Notes: generated by a model not told the origin, from the sequence alone. A DNA stretch of 64,000 nt from an uncultured Pseudomonadota bacterium (GCA_913047675.1 CAJWTO010000002.1:6833-70832); one strand, 5' to 3'; positions 21,173 through 32,691 are shown, counted from the first letter of the stretch. Numbers and translations: made by a program.

Positions 21173-21430
21173 CTATTTTTCGCCCGCACCCATGCCGTAA
21201 CGTTTTCTGAACTTGTCTACGCGACCTGCAGTGTCTACTATTTTTTGTGTGCCGGTATAAAACGGATGCGAAGCAGAGGAGACATCAAGCGGGTAGTAGG
21301 GATAGGTATTCCCATCTGTCCATTCCTTAGTTTGATCAGTTTTAAGCGTGGAGCCGACCAAGAAGTACTTATCCACGCTAGTGTCATGAAATAGGACTTG
21401 CTTGTATTCTGGATGTATTTCTTCTTTCAT
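21173..21430 (-). CDS. rpmE2: 50S ribosomal protein L31 type B (zinc-independent paralogue)
   Basis: It aligns closely with E. coli YkgM ([32 protein letters not shown]). It lacks the CxxC zinc ribbon. Confidence 0.8.
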   Translation of the reverse strand: MKEEIHPEYKQVLFHDTSVDKYFLVGSTLKTDQTKEWTDGNTYPYYPLDVSSASHPFYTGTQKIVDTAGRVDKFRKRYGMGAGEK

Positions 21431-21571
21431 CGATATCTGCTCTGAGATCCATTTCTCTTTAGGGAGGGAGAGTTTAGATTCCTACGGTTTTTATTGCAAC
21501 TATTTATCCTATAAATTTAGGAACTCAGCCAAAAGCATGCCTTCTAGATAGACGTGATTTGATTCTTTGTA

Positions 21572-22342
21572 CTAGTTAAGCGCCAATTCAAGGACCACTG
21601 GAGCATGATCTGAAGGCTTTTCCCATCCTCTTGGAGTGGTATCTATAGCACTACTCTTCAAGTTTTTTTGCATCGCAATAGAGGCTAATATCAGATCGAT
21701 TCTGAGTCCTCGATTTCTAGGGAATCCACCCGCTCTATAGTCCCACCATGAAAAGGTACTATCGGCCTGTGAGAACTCGCGGAAAGTGTCTACTAAGCCT
21801 AGAGCCTTAATACTTTCTAGAAGATTACGCTCTTGAGCGCTGCACAATATTTTATCTCGCCACAATTCTGGATCGTGCACATCTTCATCATCTGGAGCAA
21901 TGTTAAAGTCTCCTAGCAGAATTAGGTTGTTTTTTTCTTGTGCTAGGCGCGTTAGCCAGGTCTTTAAGGCAGTCAACCATTTGATTTTATATTCAAATTT
22001 ATCTGATCCGACCGCCGAGCCATTAGGGACATACACGTTAATTATGGTGGTGTTTTCATCGCCAGCACAAAGCAAGCGGCACTGGTTATCTTCGAAGTCG
22101 GGGATCCCCATTTCTAAGAGTCGCATTTTTTGCCGAGACAAAATAGCCACACCATTATAAGATTTTTGACCCTTAAATAGGCAGTTGTATCCCATCTCAG
22201 AGATCTCGGTAACGGGAAAGTCTGCATCTTGAACCTTAGTTTCTTGCAGCGCCAAAATATCGACTTGATTTGTACTTAGCCAGGTTCTTAAATGGTCTAA
22301 TCTAGCTCTGATCGAATTTACATTCCAGCTTGCTATTTTCAA
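21572..22342 (-). CDS. xthA: exodeoxyribonuclease III
   Basis: The N-terminus MKIASWNVNSIRARL and the EEP nuclease motifs are present. Confidence 0.85.
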   Translation of the reverse strand: MKIASWNVNSIRARLDHLRTWLSTNQVDILALQETKVQDADFPVTEISEMGYNCLFKGQKSYNGVAILSRQKMRLLEMGIPDFEDNQCRLLCAGDENTTIINVYVPNGSAVGSDKFEYKIKWLTALKTWLTRLAQEKNNLILLGDFNIAPDDEDVHDPELWRDKILCSAQERNLLESIKALGLVDTFREFSQADSTFSWWDYRAGGFPRNRGLRIDLILASIAMQKNLKSSAIDTTPRGWEKPSDHAPVVLELALN

Positions 22343-22364
22343 AATTTACTTCCTAATTAGTTGT

Positions 22365-23162
22365 TTAGATACGAAATCCACCGTGACGTCGTCGATTGGA
22401 ATAGTCCAGGAGGTACGCACCTATGACTGCCCCAAAGACAATGAGGGCAGCCATACTGGCTAAAACCCATAGCCAATAGTGTTTAATTATTGAGACAGGA
22501 TTGGAGTTATCGTCAGATATCGGTTGCTTCTTTATAACTTGGTCATCAATCGAGCTTTTAAGATCTGTCAGTCGCTTTTCTAGTTTTTGGTAGTCCAGCA
22601 GAGGCACAGTATCTTCAGACGTTATGTCCGCCGACGCACACTTAATTTCAAGTTCTTCGCTCAACCGCTCGTTTTTTTTCTCTAGAATAGATGCACGTGA
22701 TTCACACTGTTTTACCCTAGGGAGTACTTGAGCAAGCTTTGTTTTCAGTCGAGTATTATTTTTCTTCAAATCATTTGTCTTAGTGTTTACGTCATCAGTA
22801 GTCGCATGATCTTCTTTTGGAACGTTAGTGGCATTTTGTTGGAGAACATTTTGGTTATTTTTTTCTGAAAGATCTTTTAGGAGCATTGCGGCAGGTTTAT
22901 TTTTCATGAGGTAGTTTTTATCAATCCATCCCTGCACTCCTGAGTCGTCAATTACCAGCGACATTAGTTCCGTTTCCCGTACGATCTCTAATTTGTCTCC
23001 AGTTGTGAGGATCTTCAAAATTTTGCTATTAAGGTCTTGACTCGCATAAATACCCACGCGCATTTTATCCGTTACATATGCGGTCTCGCCCGATACGTTA
23101 CCGTGCCAAAAAATTATGAGAAGACCTATCGGAAGAAAGTTTCTAACGTGCAAGAAAGTCAT
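22365..23162 (-). CDS. SH3-domain membrane protein (YgiM/TIGR04211-like)
   Basis: It has a signal peptide, an SH3b-like region, a long coiled-coil and a C-terminal TM helix. The start was chosen at MTFLHV (internal Met of the longer ORF). Confidence 0.45.
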   Translation of the reverse strand: MTFLHVRNFLPIGLLIIFWHGNVSGETAYVTDKMRVGIYASQDLNSKILKILTTGDKLEIVRETELMSLVIDDSGVQGWIDKNYLMKNKPAAMLLKDLSEKNNQNVLQQNATNVPKEDHATTDDVNTKTNDLKKNNTRLKTKLAQVLPRVKQCESRASILEKKNERLSEELEIKCASADITSEDTVPLLDYQKLEKRLTDLKSSIDDQVIKKQPISDDNSNPVSIIKHYWLWVLASMAALIVFGAVIGAYLLDYSNRRRHGGFRI

Positions 23163-23291
23163 GGAAATATGTTTTATGATTTTTAGAAAGATTTTAAAAG
23201 TAATTTTTAGGCTGTTAATACTAGCACAGTTAATTTGTTGTGAGTCGAGCACGCGCGCTGAATGAAAATGTTCTTTTGCTAACTAATGATA

Positions 23292-24032
23292 TTAGCCGCA
23301 CTCAGGACATTTGGGATCTTTTTGAAATTTCATGGTTTGCCATTCCATTGTCAGAGCGTCTAGAAGTAAAAGTCGGCCATCGAGTGCTTCTCCTATTCCC
23401 ATCAGGATTTTCAGCACCTCGAGTGCTTGTATGCTCCCAATAATGCCTAAGAGTGGTGATATAACGCCAGTGTCAACGCAATTCTCTATAATATTTATTC
23501 CGTCTGAATAGAGACACCGATAGCAGGGACTGACGCCTTTGATTGCCTGGAAAACTGATACTTGCCCTTCAAATCTTATGGCTGCACCTGATATAAGCGG
23601 AATGGAATGCTTAACGCTAAAGTGATTGATTTGAAATCGCGATTCGAAATTGTCGGTTGCGTCTACGATTGCATCGACGTTTGGGAAAAGACTATCGAAT
23701 CCAGATTCGTCGAGTTTTTCGTTAACTAGGTTAACTTTTGTGTTGGGGTTTAAAGAGTGAATTTGATTTCCAGCAGATTTTACTTTTTTACGACCTAAAT
23801 CTTCTGTGGAGTGGATGATTTGTCTCTGAAGATTGGAGAGTTCCACAACATCGTGATCGACCAGCGTTATTTGCCCTACACCAGCTGCAGCGAGGTACAT
23901 AGCAATTGGCGACCCTAGACCACCGAGCCCCATAATGACTACATGAGAGCGTGCCAGCTTATTTTGTCCGTTGATGTCTACTTCGGGCAAAAGGATCTGG
24001 CGACTGTACCTGAGTAGTAATTCATCATCCAT
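23292..24032 (-). CDS. moeB: molybdopterin-synthase adenylyltransferase MoeB (ThiF family)
   Basis: It has the GLGGLGS nucleotide-binding motif and the C-terminal CxxC...CxxC. Confidence 0.7.
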   Translation of the reverse strand: MDDELLLRYSRQILLPEVDINGQNKLARSHVVIMGLGGLGSPIAMYLAAAGVGQITLVDHDVVELSNLQRQIIHSTEDLGRKKVKSAGNQIHSLNPNTKVNLVNEKLDESGFDSLFPNVDAIVDATDNFESRFQINHFSVKHSIPLISGAAIRFEGQVSVFQAIKGVSPCYRCLYSDGINIIENCVDTGVISPLLGIIGSIQALEVLKILMGIGEALDGRLLLLDALTMEWQTMKFQKDPKCPECG

Positions 24033-24075
24033 TAAACTGGCCTTTTTAGTTTAAGCTTGTAATTTTTAATACGTT

Positions 24076-24936
24076 TTAAGTGTCAATACAAATCTTTTGA
24101 CCATAAGTGACACGATCGAGCCCCGCCAAGTCCGGTCGGGTTGATATATTTACAAATTTATTTTTAAGAAAACTTCTAACAACACGGTTTTTTTGTGCGA
24201 ATCCGTGCTCCACTAACAAAAACCCCCCTGGTTTCAAGCACTGCTTAGCGCCCTGAATGAGTTTGTTGATTTCGGACATACCTTTGTCTTGAGCATAGAG
24301 AGCTGCAGTTGGTTCGAATGAGGTTGAGAGGCTCATGAGGTGGGTATCATGAGCGTCGACATAGGGAGGATTTGTGATAATCATATCTAAACTATTGATA
24401 CAAATAGCTTTTAACCAGTCATCACGGACTAACTCGATGTGATTCACGTCTAGTTTGTCGAAATTTCTTTTCGCCACAGCGAGCGCTGCGGTCGATGTGT
24501 CAGTCGCAACTATTTTTGCGCTGGGGTTTTCTTTAGCATATGCGGCGGCAATAGCGCCACTACCGGTGCCAGCATCGGCGACTGTAAGAGCTTTTTGGAA
24601 TAGGCCACTCAATTCTTTGGCGATTTCGACTAACAGCTCAGTTTCCGGCCTCGGGATTAAAACATCTTTAGTCACAATAATAGGTAGAGACCAGAATTCT
24701 GAACACCCCGTGATATAGGGAATAGGGACACCTTTTAATCTTTTCTCCACATACCCTATATATCTTTGTTCTTGAGCTTTGGTAACCAATGCTGATGAAT
24801 CTGTGTAGAGCTTAGTTCTGGGAATTGATAGCACATGTGCCAGCAATATCTCAGAGTCTAGTCGCGCACTAGGTTGTTTTCGAAAAATCTCCGCACCTTT
24901 CCGAAGAACTGCAGAGACCGATGAATGATTAGTCAT
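24076..24936 (-). CDS. prmC: release factor glutamine methyltransferase PrmC/HemK
   Basis: It has the NPPY motif (ITNPPYVD) and sits immediately downstream of prfA. Confidence 0.8.
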   Translation of the reverse strand: MTNHSSVSAVLRKGAEIFRKQPSARLDSEILLAHVLSIPRTKLYTDSSALVTKAQEQRYIGYVEKRLKGVPIPYITGCSEFWSLPIIVTKDVLIPRPETELLVEIAKELSGLFQKALTVADAGTGSGAIAAAYAKENPSAKIVATDTSTAALAVAKRNFDKLDVNHIELVRDDWLKAICINSLDMIITNPPYVDAHDTHLMSLSTSFEPTAALYAQDKGMSEINKLIQGAKQCLKPGGFLLVEHGFAQKNRVVRSFLKNKFVNISTRPDLAGLDRVTYGQKICIDT

Positions 24937-24938
24937 CT

Positions 24939-26024
24939 TTAATCAGTTTGAGATTGAGCGACAAGCTCTGCTTGGTGCTCAGTCATCAGAGGTCCCACCA
25001 GAAGTTCTAGATCTCCAACCAAAATATCGTCTAGTTTATACAAAGTGAGATTTATCCGATGATCAGTAACGCGTCCCTGTGGGTAGTTATATGTCCGTAT
25101 TCGCTCTGATCTGTCGCCACTCCCAACGAGTTTCTTGCGAGTGGAAGCTTGTTCTATCTCGATACGATCCTGCTCCGCCTGGAGTAGTTTAGACTTGAGA
25201 ATAGTCATGGCTCGTGCTTTATTTTTATGTTGCGAACGCTCGTCTTGACACTCTACCACCATGTTAGTCGCTAAGTGAGTGATACGAATCGCTGAATCAG
25301 TTTTGTTGACGTGCTGACCTCCTGCGCCTGATGCCCGGAACGTATCAATTCGTATCTCACTAGGATTGATTTCTACTTCTTCAGCTTCGGTTACTTCCGG
25401 CATTACGGCGACTGTACACGCAGAAGTATGTATTCGGCCCTGCGACTCCGTTTCGGGTACTCTTTGTACTCTATGCGCACCTGATTCAAATTTTAATTTC
25501 GAGTAGGCGCCCTTACCTCTAATAAGTAAAATTACTTCCTTGAATCCACCCACTTCGGACTCGCTAGAGCTAACGATTTCGGTTTGCCATTTTTGCCCGT
25601 CAGAAAATCGGAGGTACATTCTCATAAGGTTACCTACAAAAATTGCGGCCTCGTCTCCTCCTGTTCCCGCTCTTATTTCCAAAAATACATTGGCGTCGTC
25701 TTTGGGGTCTTTAGGGATTAATAGTTGCTGTATTTGTTTTTCTAATTTATCGATTAGAGTTTTTGAGTCAGAGACTTCTTCATTCGCTAAATCGCGTATT
25801 TCCGGATCCGATTCTTTTGTTAGCTCTATGGCGGTTAATAATTGATGGTTGGCATTTTTATACTCTTCGTAGCAGGCTACGATGGGTGTAACATCGGAAT
25901 GTTCTTTCGAGAGTTCCCGATATTGTTTTTGATTATTTAGAACTTCTGGACTAGAAAGTAGCGCTTCAATTTCTATTTTGCGATCAAGTAGACTTTCTAA
26001 TTTTTGAGTAAGTGAGTCTTTCAC
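24939..26024 (-). CDS. prfA: peptide chain release factor 1
   Basis: It has the GGQ motif ([11 protein letters not shown]) and the PxT-type recognition region. It overlaps the hemA stop by 4 nt. Confidence 0.9.
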   Translation of the reverse strand: MKDSLTQKLESLLDRKIEIEALLSSPEVLNNQKQYRELSKEHSDVTPIVACYEEYKNANHQLLTAIELTKESDPEIRDLANEEVSDSKTLIDKLEKQIQQLLIPKDPKDDANVFLEIRAGTGGDEAAIFVGNLMRMYLRFSDGQKWQTEIVSSSESEVGGFKEVILLIRGKGAYSKLKFESGAHRVQRVPETESQGRIHTSACTVAVMPEVTEAEEVEINPSEIRIDTFRASGAGGQHVNKTDSAIRITHLATNMVVECQDERSQHKNKARAMTILKSKLLQAEQDRIEIEQASTRKKLVGSGDRSERIRTYNYPQGRVTDHRINLTLYKLDDILVGDLELLVGPLMTEHQAELVAQSQTD

Positions 26025-27283
26025 GACTGCTTATCCTCTTGATCTAAACCTAATATCTCTCGGGCCAACTTTAGTGTTTCCGAGTTGTCATTAGCGGCTT
26101 TTAACGCCACCGTTGGATGGTGGAGAAGTTTATTTGTTAACGTATTAGCAAGACGCTCAATTACTGCCTTGGGGTCTGCTCCACTATTCAAATTGTCTAT
26201 TGCATCGTCAAGTATTTTATTTTTTACATCCTGTCCATAGTTCCGGTAATCTTTTATGGCATTAGAGACGGATTGCGACTTGGACCAGTGCATGTAGTCT
26301 TGCACCTGTAAATAAATCATTTCTTCGGCGATAGCGGCTGCATCTTTCCGGACGTTGAGATTTGATAATACTACTGACTGCAGGTCATCAATGGTGTATA
26401 GGTAGATGCTATCTAGAGTGCTAGTTTCAGGATCTACATCCCTCGGTACCGCTAAATCAACTATAAACATTGGTTCCTTATTTCTATCATTTAGTGCTAG
26501 TGCGACCATAGATTTTGTAAGGATCGGTTCCGTGCTCCCGGTACAGGTTATGACAATGTCTGCTTCAGTTAAGAATTTTGGTAGCGTACTAATAGCAATA
26601 GCATCCCCATTGTAACCAGCAGCAAGCTTGCGTGCGTTTTGAAGAGTTCTGTTGGCAACAATGAGTTTTTGTAAACCGCTGCTTTTTAGATGATTTGCAA
26701 CCAGTGTTGCAGTGTCGCCAGAGCCAATTAAAATTGCACATTTCGAGCTCAAATCTCCATGGATTTGTTCGGCTAGCTTTGCTGCGGTGTATGCGACTGA
26801 GACAGGACTACTGCCTATTTCTGTCTCAGAGCGAATTAGTTTCGCCGATGAAAAAGAAAATTGCATAAGCCGGTTTAAAAATTTCCCTACAGTATTGGCG
26901 GAAGTTGCTTTTTTATAAGCTTCCTTAAGTTGCCCCAATATCTGAGGCTCCCCTAGCACCATAGAATCTAAGCCACTGGCAACACGAAGGATATGTCTTA
27001 CAGCGCGCTCTCCAGTGTACTTATAGATATGGTTCTTAATTTCATCGCGTTCAATATTCTTAGTTGAAGAGAGCCAATTCATGAGATCGGTAATTACGCC
27101 TTCCTCTTCATAACAGTAGAGCTCAGTTCTATTGCATGTCGATAAAATCATTGACTCAGATATTCCTGGTGACGACTTTAGTCCCCGTAGAGCATCTGTC
27201 ATAAGGACATCATCGAAAACAAGCTTTTCTCTGATGGACAGAGGGGCAGTTTTATGACTCAGGCCTAGTACGATGAATGACAT
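26021..27283 (-). CDS. hemA: glutamyl-tRNA reductase
   Basis: It has HemA-family sequence with the HLxRVAxGLDS region. Confidence 0.9.
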   Translation of the reverse strand: MSFIVLGLSHKTAPLSIREKLVFDDVLMTDALRGLKSSPGISESMILSTCNRTELYCYEEEGVITDLMNWLSSTKNIERDEIKNHIYKYTGERAVRHILRVASGLDSMVLGEPQILGQLKEAYKKATSANTVGKFLNRLMQFSFSSAKLIRSETEIGSSPVSVAYTAAKLAEQIHGDLSSKCAILIGSGDTATLVANHLKSSGLQKLIVANRTLQNARKLAAGYNGDAIAISTLPKFLTEADIVITCTGSTEPILTKSMVALALNDRNKEPMFIVDLAVPRDVDPETSTLDSIYLYTIDDLQSVVLSNLNVRKDAAAIAEEMIYLQVQDYMHWSKSQSVSNAIKDYRNYGQDVKNKILDDAIDNLNSGADPKAVIERLANTLTNKLLHHPTVALKAANDNSETLKLAREILGLDQEDKQS

Positions 27284-27504
27284 AATATATAGCTATCGTG
27301 GAAATTTTTTTCTTTTTGACGGTGGTTTTTTGGTGTGATTTGAGATTGTCAGGCTTTTAATCTTTTTATTTATTATAGAGCAATCTAGACTTTTCTACCT
27401 ACTGCTACGAAAATTTCTTTTAAGATTGTATTGTGACGCGATGGTCGGCGATGATACCTTGATAGTGCATTAAAAACGTACAATTACTGAGGTTTTGACA
27501 ATAA

Positions 27505-28146
27505 ATGACGCTTAAGCTTGATAGGCTCGAGGTTGGGCTCCGAATTTTACTTATCGCTTGTTCTTGTATGATTCTGCATTCATGCTCAATTATCAGCAGT
27601 GCCGACCGGCAACCGAAGGTCTTGCAGCTAAAGTCTACGGAAAATCACGAAGCGAAGGTTGTCGCTTTAGCCGATTGGACGGCTCGGGCACGGATATCGG
27701 TGCAGACGAGTGAGGATTCCTTTAGCGCAGATTTGATTTGGACTCAAATTGGCGCCGCGTATAATCTAAGGCTGTCAGGTCCTTTTGGCAGCGGTGCGCT
27801 GACCATCCGTGGCAATAATAGCCAGGTAATTTTACTGACTTCTGATGGCCAATCTTTCTTGGCAGGTACGCCTGAGGAGTTGATGCTGGCGCAACTAGGT
27901 TGGAGTGTTCCTTTGTCGCAATTACGCTACTGGCTAGTGGGTATTCCAGATCGAAGTAGCCGGGACAATCTGACGGTCGAGTTAACAGATAAAGTAGGTA
28001 GGTACGCTAGTTTTTCTCAATTTGACTGCGAGGTTATCTACAAAGATTACTATGACGATCGAGATCCTAATGTACCTAGGAAGTTGTTAATTGGCTGCGA
28101 AGATCTTAAGTCGCGGATAGTCATAAAAAAATGGGAGATACGATAA
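27505..28146 (+). CDS. lolB: outer membrane lipoprotein LolB
   Basis: It has a lipoprotein signal (LHSCS). It is about 210 aa and sits upstream of ispE, the conserved arrangement. Confidence 0.7.
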   Translation: MTLKLDRLEVGLRILLIACSCMILHSCSIISSADRQPKVLQLKSTENHEAKVVALADWTARARISVQTSEDSFSADLIWTQIGAAYNLRLSGPFGSGALTIRGNNSQVILLTSDGQSFLAGTPEELMLAQLGWSVPLSQLRYWLVGIPDRSSRDNLTVELTDKVGRYASFSQFDCEVIYKDYYDDRDPNVPRKLLIGCEDLKSRIVIKKWEIR

Positions 28147-29010
28147 TTGGGCATATCTAAGGGCTGGCCGGCTCCTGCTAAAATTAATCTTTTTCTGCAA
28201 ATAAACGGAAGACGCGAGGATGGCTATCATAATTTACAAACTATTTTTCAATTTATTAATGTTTGCGATCAGATTGACTTCCAAATAAGGGATGACGGAA
28301 TAATTGAGAGAGACTCTGATCTGGCTGGCGTTTCTAGTGAGGATGATTTAACCGTCAAGGCGGCAAAGTTGTTAAGAGAGCATGTTCAAGGCTCGAAAGG
28401 TGCAACAATTACGGTGCACAAGCGTATTCCAATGGGTGCTGGATTAGGCGGAGGGAGTTCCAATGCCGCGACCGTGTTAGTTGCCTTGAATTTTCTCTGG
28501 GGGCTTAATTTGCCCGAAAGCGATCTGGTTGCTTTAGGGCTTAGACTAGGTGCTGATGTACCTATCTTTGTGAGAGGAAAAAGTGCTTGGGCAGAAGGGA
28601 TCGGGGAGAAATTGTCTCCCTTTTCTCCGGAAGTAGGACCTATTTTTGTTATTATTCCTAACTGCAAGGTGCCGACACAGGAGATATTTAACGATCCTTT
28701 GTTGACACGAGATACTGACGCCATCAAAATGCATGAATTTTCTATAGCTAGCAGTCGGAATGATTGTGAGTTGGTTACTCGTCGCTTATACCCTAGCGTC
28801 GGAGATGCGCTTGATTGGCTTGGCCACTATCGCCCAGCTAGAATGAGCGGAACTGGATCAAGCGTCTTTGCATTTTTTGAGTGCCGTGAAGAGTTGCAGG
28901 TTGTGAAGCGATCTCTTCCAAGTGATTGGATTGGTTTTGCGGCGGAGCGAGAGAATTACTCTCCTTTGTTGAAGAAAATTGATAAAGAGTCCAAAGTTTT
29001 GAAGGGCTAA
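28147..29010 (+). CDS. ispE: 4-diphosphocytidyl-2-C-methyl-D-erythritol kinase
   Basis: It has the GHMP kinase motif PMGAGLGGGSSNAA. Confidence 0.85.
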   Translation: MGISKGWPAPAKINLFLQINGRREDGYHNLQTIFQFINVCDQIDFQIRDDGIIERDSDLAGVSSEDDLTVKAAKLLREHVQGSKGATITVHKRIPMGAGLGGGSSNAATVLVALNFLWGLNLPESDLVALGLRLGADVPIFVRGKSAWAEGIGEKLSPFSPEVGPIFVIIPNCKVPTQEIFNDPLLTRDTDAIKMHEFSIASSRNDCELVTRRLYPSVGDALDWLGHYRPARMSGTGSSVFAFFECREELQVVKRSLPSDWIGFAAERENYSPLLKKIDKESKVLKG

Positions 29011-29022
29011 TAGTAGAAGTTT

Positions 29023-29097
29023 TGGGGTGTCGCCAAGTGGTAAGGCACTGGGTTTTGATCCCAGCATTCCCAGGTTCGAATCCTGGCACCCCAGCCA
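29023..29097 (+). tRNA. tRNA-Gln (anticodon TTG)
   Basis: The cloverleaf has a 7-bp acceptor stem (TGGGGTG/CACCCCA). The anticodon loop TTTTGAT carries TTG. The T-arm is CCAGG-TTCGAAT-CCTGG, with discriminator G and encoded CCA. It sits between ispE and prs, as in Pseudomonas. Confidence 0.85.
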
Positions 29098-29208
29098 TAT
29101 TTTGGCAGGCGATAGGTTTATCGCCATTAACGTGGGATAATCCATAAGTGAGGCCCTGCTTTCGAACTTTCTGTCGGACACTCTTGATGCGATGAGGCGC
29201 TTAAACAG

Positions 29209-30162
29209 ATGATTGATGACTCCCTGATGTTGTGTACCGGAAATGCGAATCCCGCACTAGCCGCGTCTATTGCTAAGCATCTTCAAGTGCCACTCGGGAA
29301 AGTAGTGGTCGGTGCCTTTAGTGATGGCGAAACCATGGTCGAGGTGGCAGAAAATGTTCGTGGTCGAGATGCGATAGTTATTCAATCAACCTGCGCGCCA
29401 ACGAACGATAATTTTATGGAGCTACTCATAATGGTAGATGCTTTGCGGCGGGCTTCTGCGCAAAGCATCACAGCGGTCGTGCCGTATCTCGGCTATGCGC
29501 GCCAAGATCGCAGACCTCGCTCGGCGAGGGTGCCGGTTACCGCTAAGGTGGTTGCTAACATGATAACGCATGTTGGTACTACTAGATTTTTAACGGTGGA
29601 CTTGCATGCTGAGCAAATACAGGGTTTTTTCGATATCCCAATGGATAATGTATACGCTTCGCCGGTGTTGCTCGGGGACATATGGAAGCACGAGTATGAA
29701 GATTTGATGGTCGTATCGCCCGATGTCGGCGGTGTTGTGAGAGCGCGAGCCATCGCGCGACGTCTGGATAATGCCGATTTAGCCATAATAGATAAAAGAC
29801 GGCCTAAAGCAAATGAATCTAGAGTCATGAATATTATTGGTGATGTTGCTAATCGGACTTGTGTCATGGTTGATGATATGGTCGATACAGCTGGAACTCT
29901 CTGTAGCGCGGCGTCCGCATTAAAAGAAAGCGGAGCTAAAAAAGTGGTTGCTTACTGTACGCATCCAGTGTTGTCAGGTAATGCCATAGAAAAAATTTGT
30001 GGGTCTCCTTTAGATGAGTTGGTGGTGACGGATACCATTCCGTTGTCGCAACAGGCGCGAGATTCAGGTAAGATCCGGCAGTTATCTGTGTCAGGATTAT
30101 TAGCCGAAAGTATTCGTCGGATTAATTCGAGCCAATCTTTGAGCTCAATGTTTGTTGATTAG
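29209..30162 (+). CDS. prs: ribose-phosphate pyrophosphokinase
   Basis: It aligns almost end to end with E. coli Prs. The true start may be the Met at 29227. Confidence 0.9.
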   Translation: MIDDSLMLCTGNANPALAASIAKHLQVPLGKVVVGAFSDGETMVEVAENVRGRDAIVIQSTCAPTNDNFMELLIMVDALRRASAQSITAVVPYLGYARQDRRPRSARVPVTAKVVANMITHVGTTRFLTVDLHAEQIQGFFDIPMDNVYASPVLLGDIWKHEYEDLMVVSPDVGGVVRARAIARRLDNADLAIIDKRRPKANESRVMNIIGDVANRTCVMVDDMVDTAGTLCSAASALKESGAKKVVAYCTHPVLSGNAIEKICGSPLDELVVTDTIPLSQQARDSGKIRQLSVSGLLAESIRRINSSQSLSSMFVD

Positions 30163-30234
30163 TATATTGAGTGTGAGTCCGTCTGGTCGCGGGCGGGCAC
30201 CGCTCAATTTTGTGTTATTTATTGGAGATTAGAA

Positions 30235-30921
30235 ATGGATGAATTCACTTTAGTCGCGGAAAGTCGCGGTGATATGGGCAAGGGTGCGAGCCGCCGCCTG
30301 CGTAAGTCAGAAATAGTTCCGGCTATAGTTTATGGGGCGAAGAAAGCGGCTTTGTCGATACAACTCAAACATTCGGATGTGTTGAAGTCGTCTTCGCAAG
30401 AATCTTTTTATTCTCAGATCTTAGATCTTTCTATAGATGGAAAGGTTGAGAGGGTGGTTTTGAAGGATATGCAGCGGCACCCTTATAAACCATTCGTCAT
30501 GCACATGGACTTTCAGAGAGTGGATGAGTCCGCTGCGCTGACTATCCGTATTCCGGTACACTTTTTAAATGAAGAGGATTGTATCGGCGTTAAGCAGGAA
30601 GGCGGAGTGATTGCGCGTTTAATGACAGAAATTGAAATCACGTGTTTGCCCAAGGACCTGCCGGAGTCCATAGAAGTAGATGTAGCTAATTTGAGTGTGG
30701 GTGATGCTGTGCATCTCGCTGATTTGGTATTGCCTGATGGTGTTGAGATCACCTCGATAACAAGTGGTGGGGACGGTGCCGCGGCCATAGTTCAGGTGGC
30801 GATGCCTAGAATGGTCGAAGAAGAGGAAGAACCTGATAGCGAAGAGGTTGACGGCGAGGATGAGGCTTCAGATGGAGAAGATACTGCGACCGAAGATCCT
30901 GACACAGATTCTTCAGAGTAA
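30235..30921 (+). CDS. rplY: 50S ribosomal protein L25 / general stress protein Ctc
   Basis: It has an L25 N-domain plus an acidic C-terminal extension. It follows prs and precedes pth. Confidence 0.8.
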   Translation: MDEFTLVAESRGDMGKGASRRLRKSEIVPAIVYGAKKAALSIQLKHSDVLKSSSQESFYSQILDLSIDGKVERVVLKDMQRHPYKPFVMHMDFQRVDESAALTIRIPVHFLNEEDCIGVKQEGGVIARLMTEIEITCLPKDLPESIEVDVANLSVGDAVHLADLVLPDGVEITSITSGGDGAAAIVQVAMPRMVEEEEEPDSEEVDGEDEASDGEDTATEDPDTDSSE

Positions 30922-30960
30922 TCTTGGGTAGAAAGTACTCAGCGTTGGTTGTAGGCGGCG

Positions 30961-31545
30961 ATGACTGGCGGTAATGAAATTCGGTTAGTCGTGGGACTGG
31001 GAAATCCTGAAGAAAGTCAGCAAAACGATCGACATAATGTCGGTTTTTGGCTTTTGGATGGATGGGCTTGTAAAAACCAAGCTCCACTGAGTCCTAGTGC
31101 ACGACACACTGGAATCTCGGGCAAATGTCCAAACGGTGTAAGCTTTTTGAAGCCAACGACTTATATGAACCTGAGCGGACAAAGTGTGGCGTCTTACGCT
31201 AACTATTATGGTCTCGAAGCTAAAAAGATCCTCGTTGCTCACGATGATTTGGATTTAAGTGCGGGCTGCGTCCGCCTTAAATATGGTGGTGGTCATGGTG
31301 GACATAATGGGCTTAGAAGTATTACCCAAAGTCTTGGATCAGACGCATATTATAGAGTTCGAATAGGAATAGGCCGACCTGAGCCAGGTCGCGATGTCAG
31401 TAGCTTTGTTTTAGGAAAACCCAGCTCCAAAGAGCGGTTGATCATCTCTTCTCGTATAGATGATGTTTTGGCGCTGTCCGATGAAATTTTATCTGGTTCC
31501 TTTGAGAGCGCTATGAACGTTTTGAATCGACGAGATAATAATTAA
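30961..31545 (+). CDS. pth: peptidyl-tRNA hydrolase
   Basis: It has Pth-family sequence (LVVGLGNPE, HNGLRS). Confidence 0.85.
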   Translation: MTGGNEIRLVVGLGNPEESQQNDRHNVGFWLLDGWACKNQAPLSPSARHTGISGKCPNGVSFLKPTTYMNLSGQSVASYANYYGLEAKKILVAHDDLDLSAGCVRLKYGGGHGGHNGLRSITQSLGSDAYYRVRIGIGRPEPGRDVSSFVLGKPSSKERLIISSRIDDVLALSDEILSGSFESAMNVLNRRDNN

Positions 31546-31560
31546 TGTGAGTGATATTTA

Positions 31561-32658
31561 ATGGGTTTTAAGTGTGGAATTGTGGGGTTGCCGAATGTTG
31601 GTAAGTCATCCTTATTTAATGCGCTTACCAGCGCTGAAATTGCGGCCGAGAATTACCCATTTTGCACCATAGAACCTAATGTCGGTATAGTTTCTGTACC
31701 CGACGAGAGATTAACTCACATAGCCTCGATAGCAAGTTCAAAAAAAGTCATTCCTTCTACTATGGAATTTGTCGATATTGCTGGATTAGTTGAAGGAGCG
31801 TCTAAAGGCGAAGGCTTGGGGAATAAATTCTTGGCGCATATCAGAGAAACGCATGCGATTGCGCACGTCGTTCGCTGCTTTGAAGATGATAATGTTACGC
31901 ATGTTTCAGGGCGGATTGATGCCATCGCGGATATCGATATTATTGAGACGGAGTTATTGCTTGCTGACTTGGAAGTATGCGAGCGTGGCTTGGAAAGGGC
32001 AGAAAAGCAAGCGAAATCCGGCGACAAGGAACAGCGTCAGCGTGTCGAGTGCTTCACTGTACTTTTGCAGAACTTAGAAAACGGTGTCGCTATCCGCGCG
32101 GCGAATCTTACTGTTACTGATCCTGCCCTAATATTAGCTAAAGAGCTTTCTCTATTAACCGTGAAGCCCATGCTTTTTATAGCGAATGTTTCGGAAGATC
32201 AATTGCAACACAGCCCCCAAGTAACGCTGGTAGCAGCTCACGCTAATGAGATCGGAGCCGAATGTATTTTTCTTTGTGCAGAGATAGAAGCGGAAATAGC
32301 CGCGTTACCAGAGTCTGATAGAGATGAGTTTTTGAAAGACTTGGGAATTGAGGAGTCTGGTTTAGATAAAGTGATTCGGGCTGGATATCGTCTATTGGGC
32401 TTGCAGAGCTTTTTCACAGCGGGACCAAAAGAGAGCCGAGCATGGACCGTAAAGCAAGGCGCTTTAGCCCCTCAGGCTGCTGGTGTTATACATACTGATT
32501 TTGAGAGAGGTTTCATTAGAGCAGAAGTTATTGGTTATCAAGACTATATAGAATGTGAGGGAGAGCCTAAGGCAAGAGAGGTTGGCAAGTTAAGGGTCGA
32601 AGGAAAAGAGTATCTTGTAAAAGATGGTGACGTCATGCATTTTCGTTTTAATGTCTAG
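31561..32658 (+). CDS. ychF: redox-regulated ATPase YchF
   Basis: It has the G1 motif GLPNVGKSS and a C-terminal TGS domain. Confidence 0.9.
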   Translation: MGFKCGIVGLPNVGKSSLFNALTSAEIAAENYPFCTIEPNVGIVSVPDERLTHIASIASSKKVIPSTMEFVDIAGLVEGASKGEGLGNKFLAHIRETHAIAHVVRCFEDDNVTHVSGRIDAIADIDIIETELLLADLEVCERGLERAEKQAKSGDKEQRQRVECFTVLLQNLENGVAIRAANLTVTDPALILAKELSLLTVKPMLFIANVSEDQLQHSPQVTLVAAHANEIGAECIFLCAEIEAEIAALPESDRDEFLKDLGIEESGLDKVIRAGYRLLGLQSFFTAGPKESRAWTVKQGALAPQAAGVIHTDFERGFIRAEVIGYQDYIECEGEPKAREVGKLRVEGKEYLVKDGDVMHFRFNV

Positions 32659-32691
32659 TACTTTGATTTATTCGTAGCGCCCCACCGTGGT

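Noticed and set aside
28838-29181. Two minus-strand ORFs (86 and 107 aa) overlapping the tRNA-Gln and the ispE-prs intergenic region
   Set aside because: They run antisense across a well-formed tRNA cloverleaf and encode low-complexity protein. They are six-frame noise.
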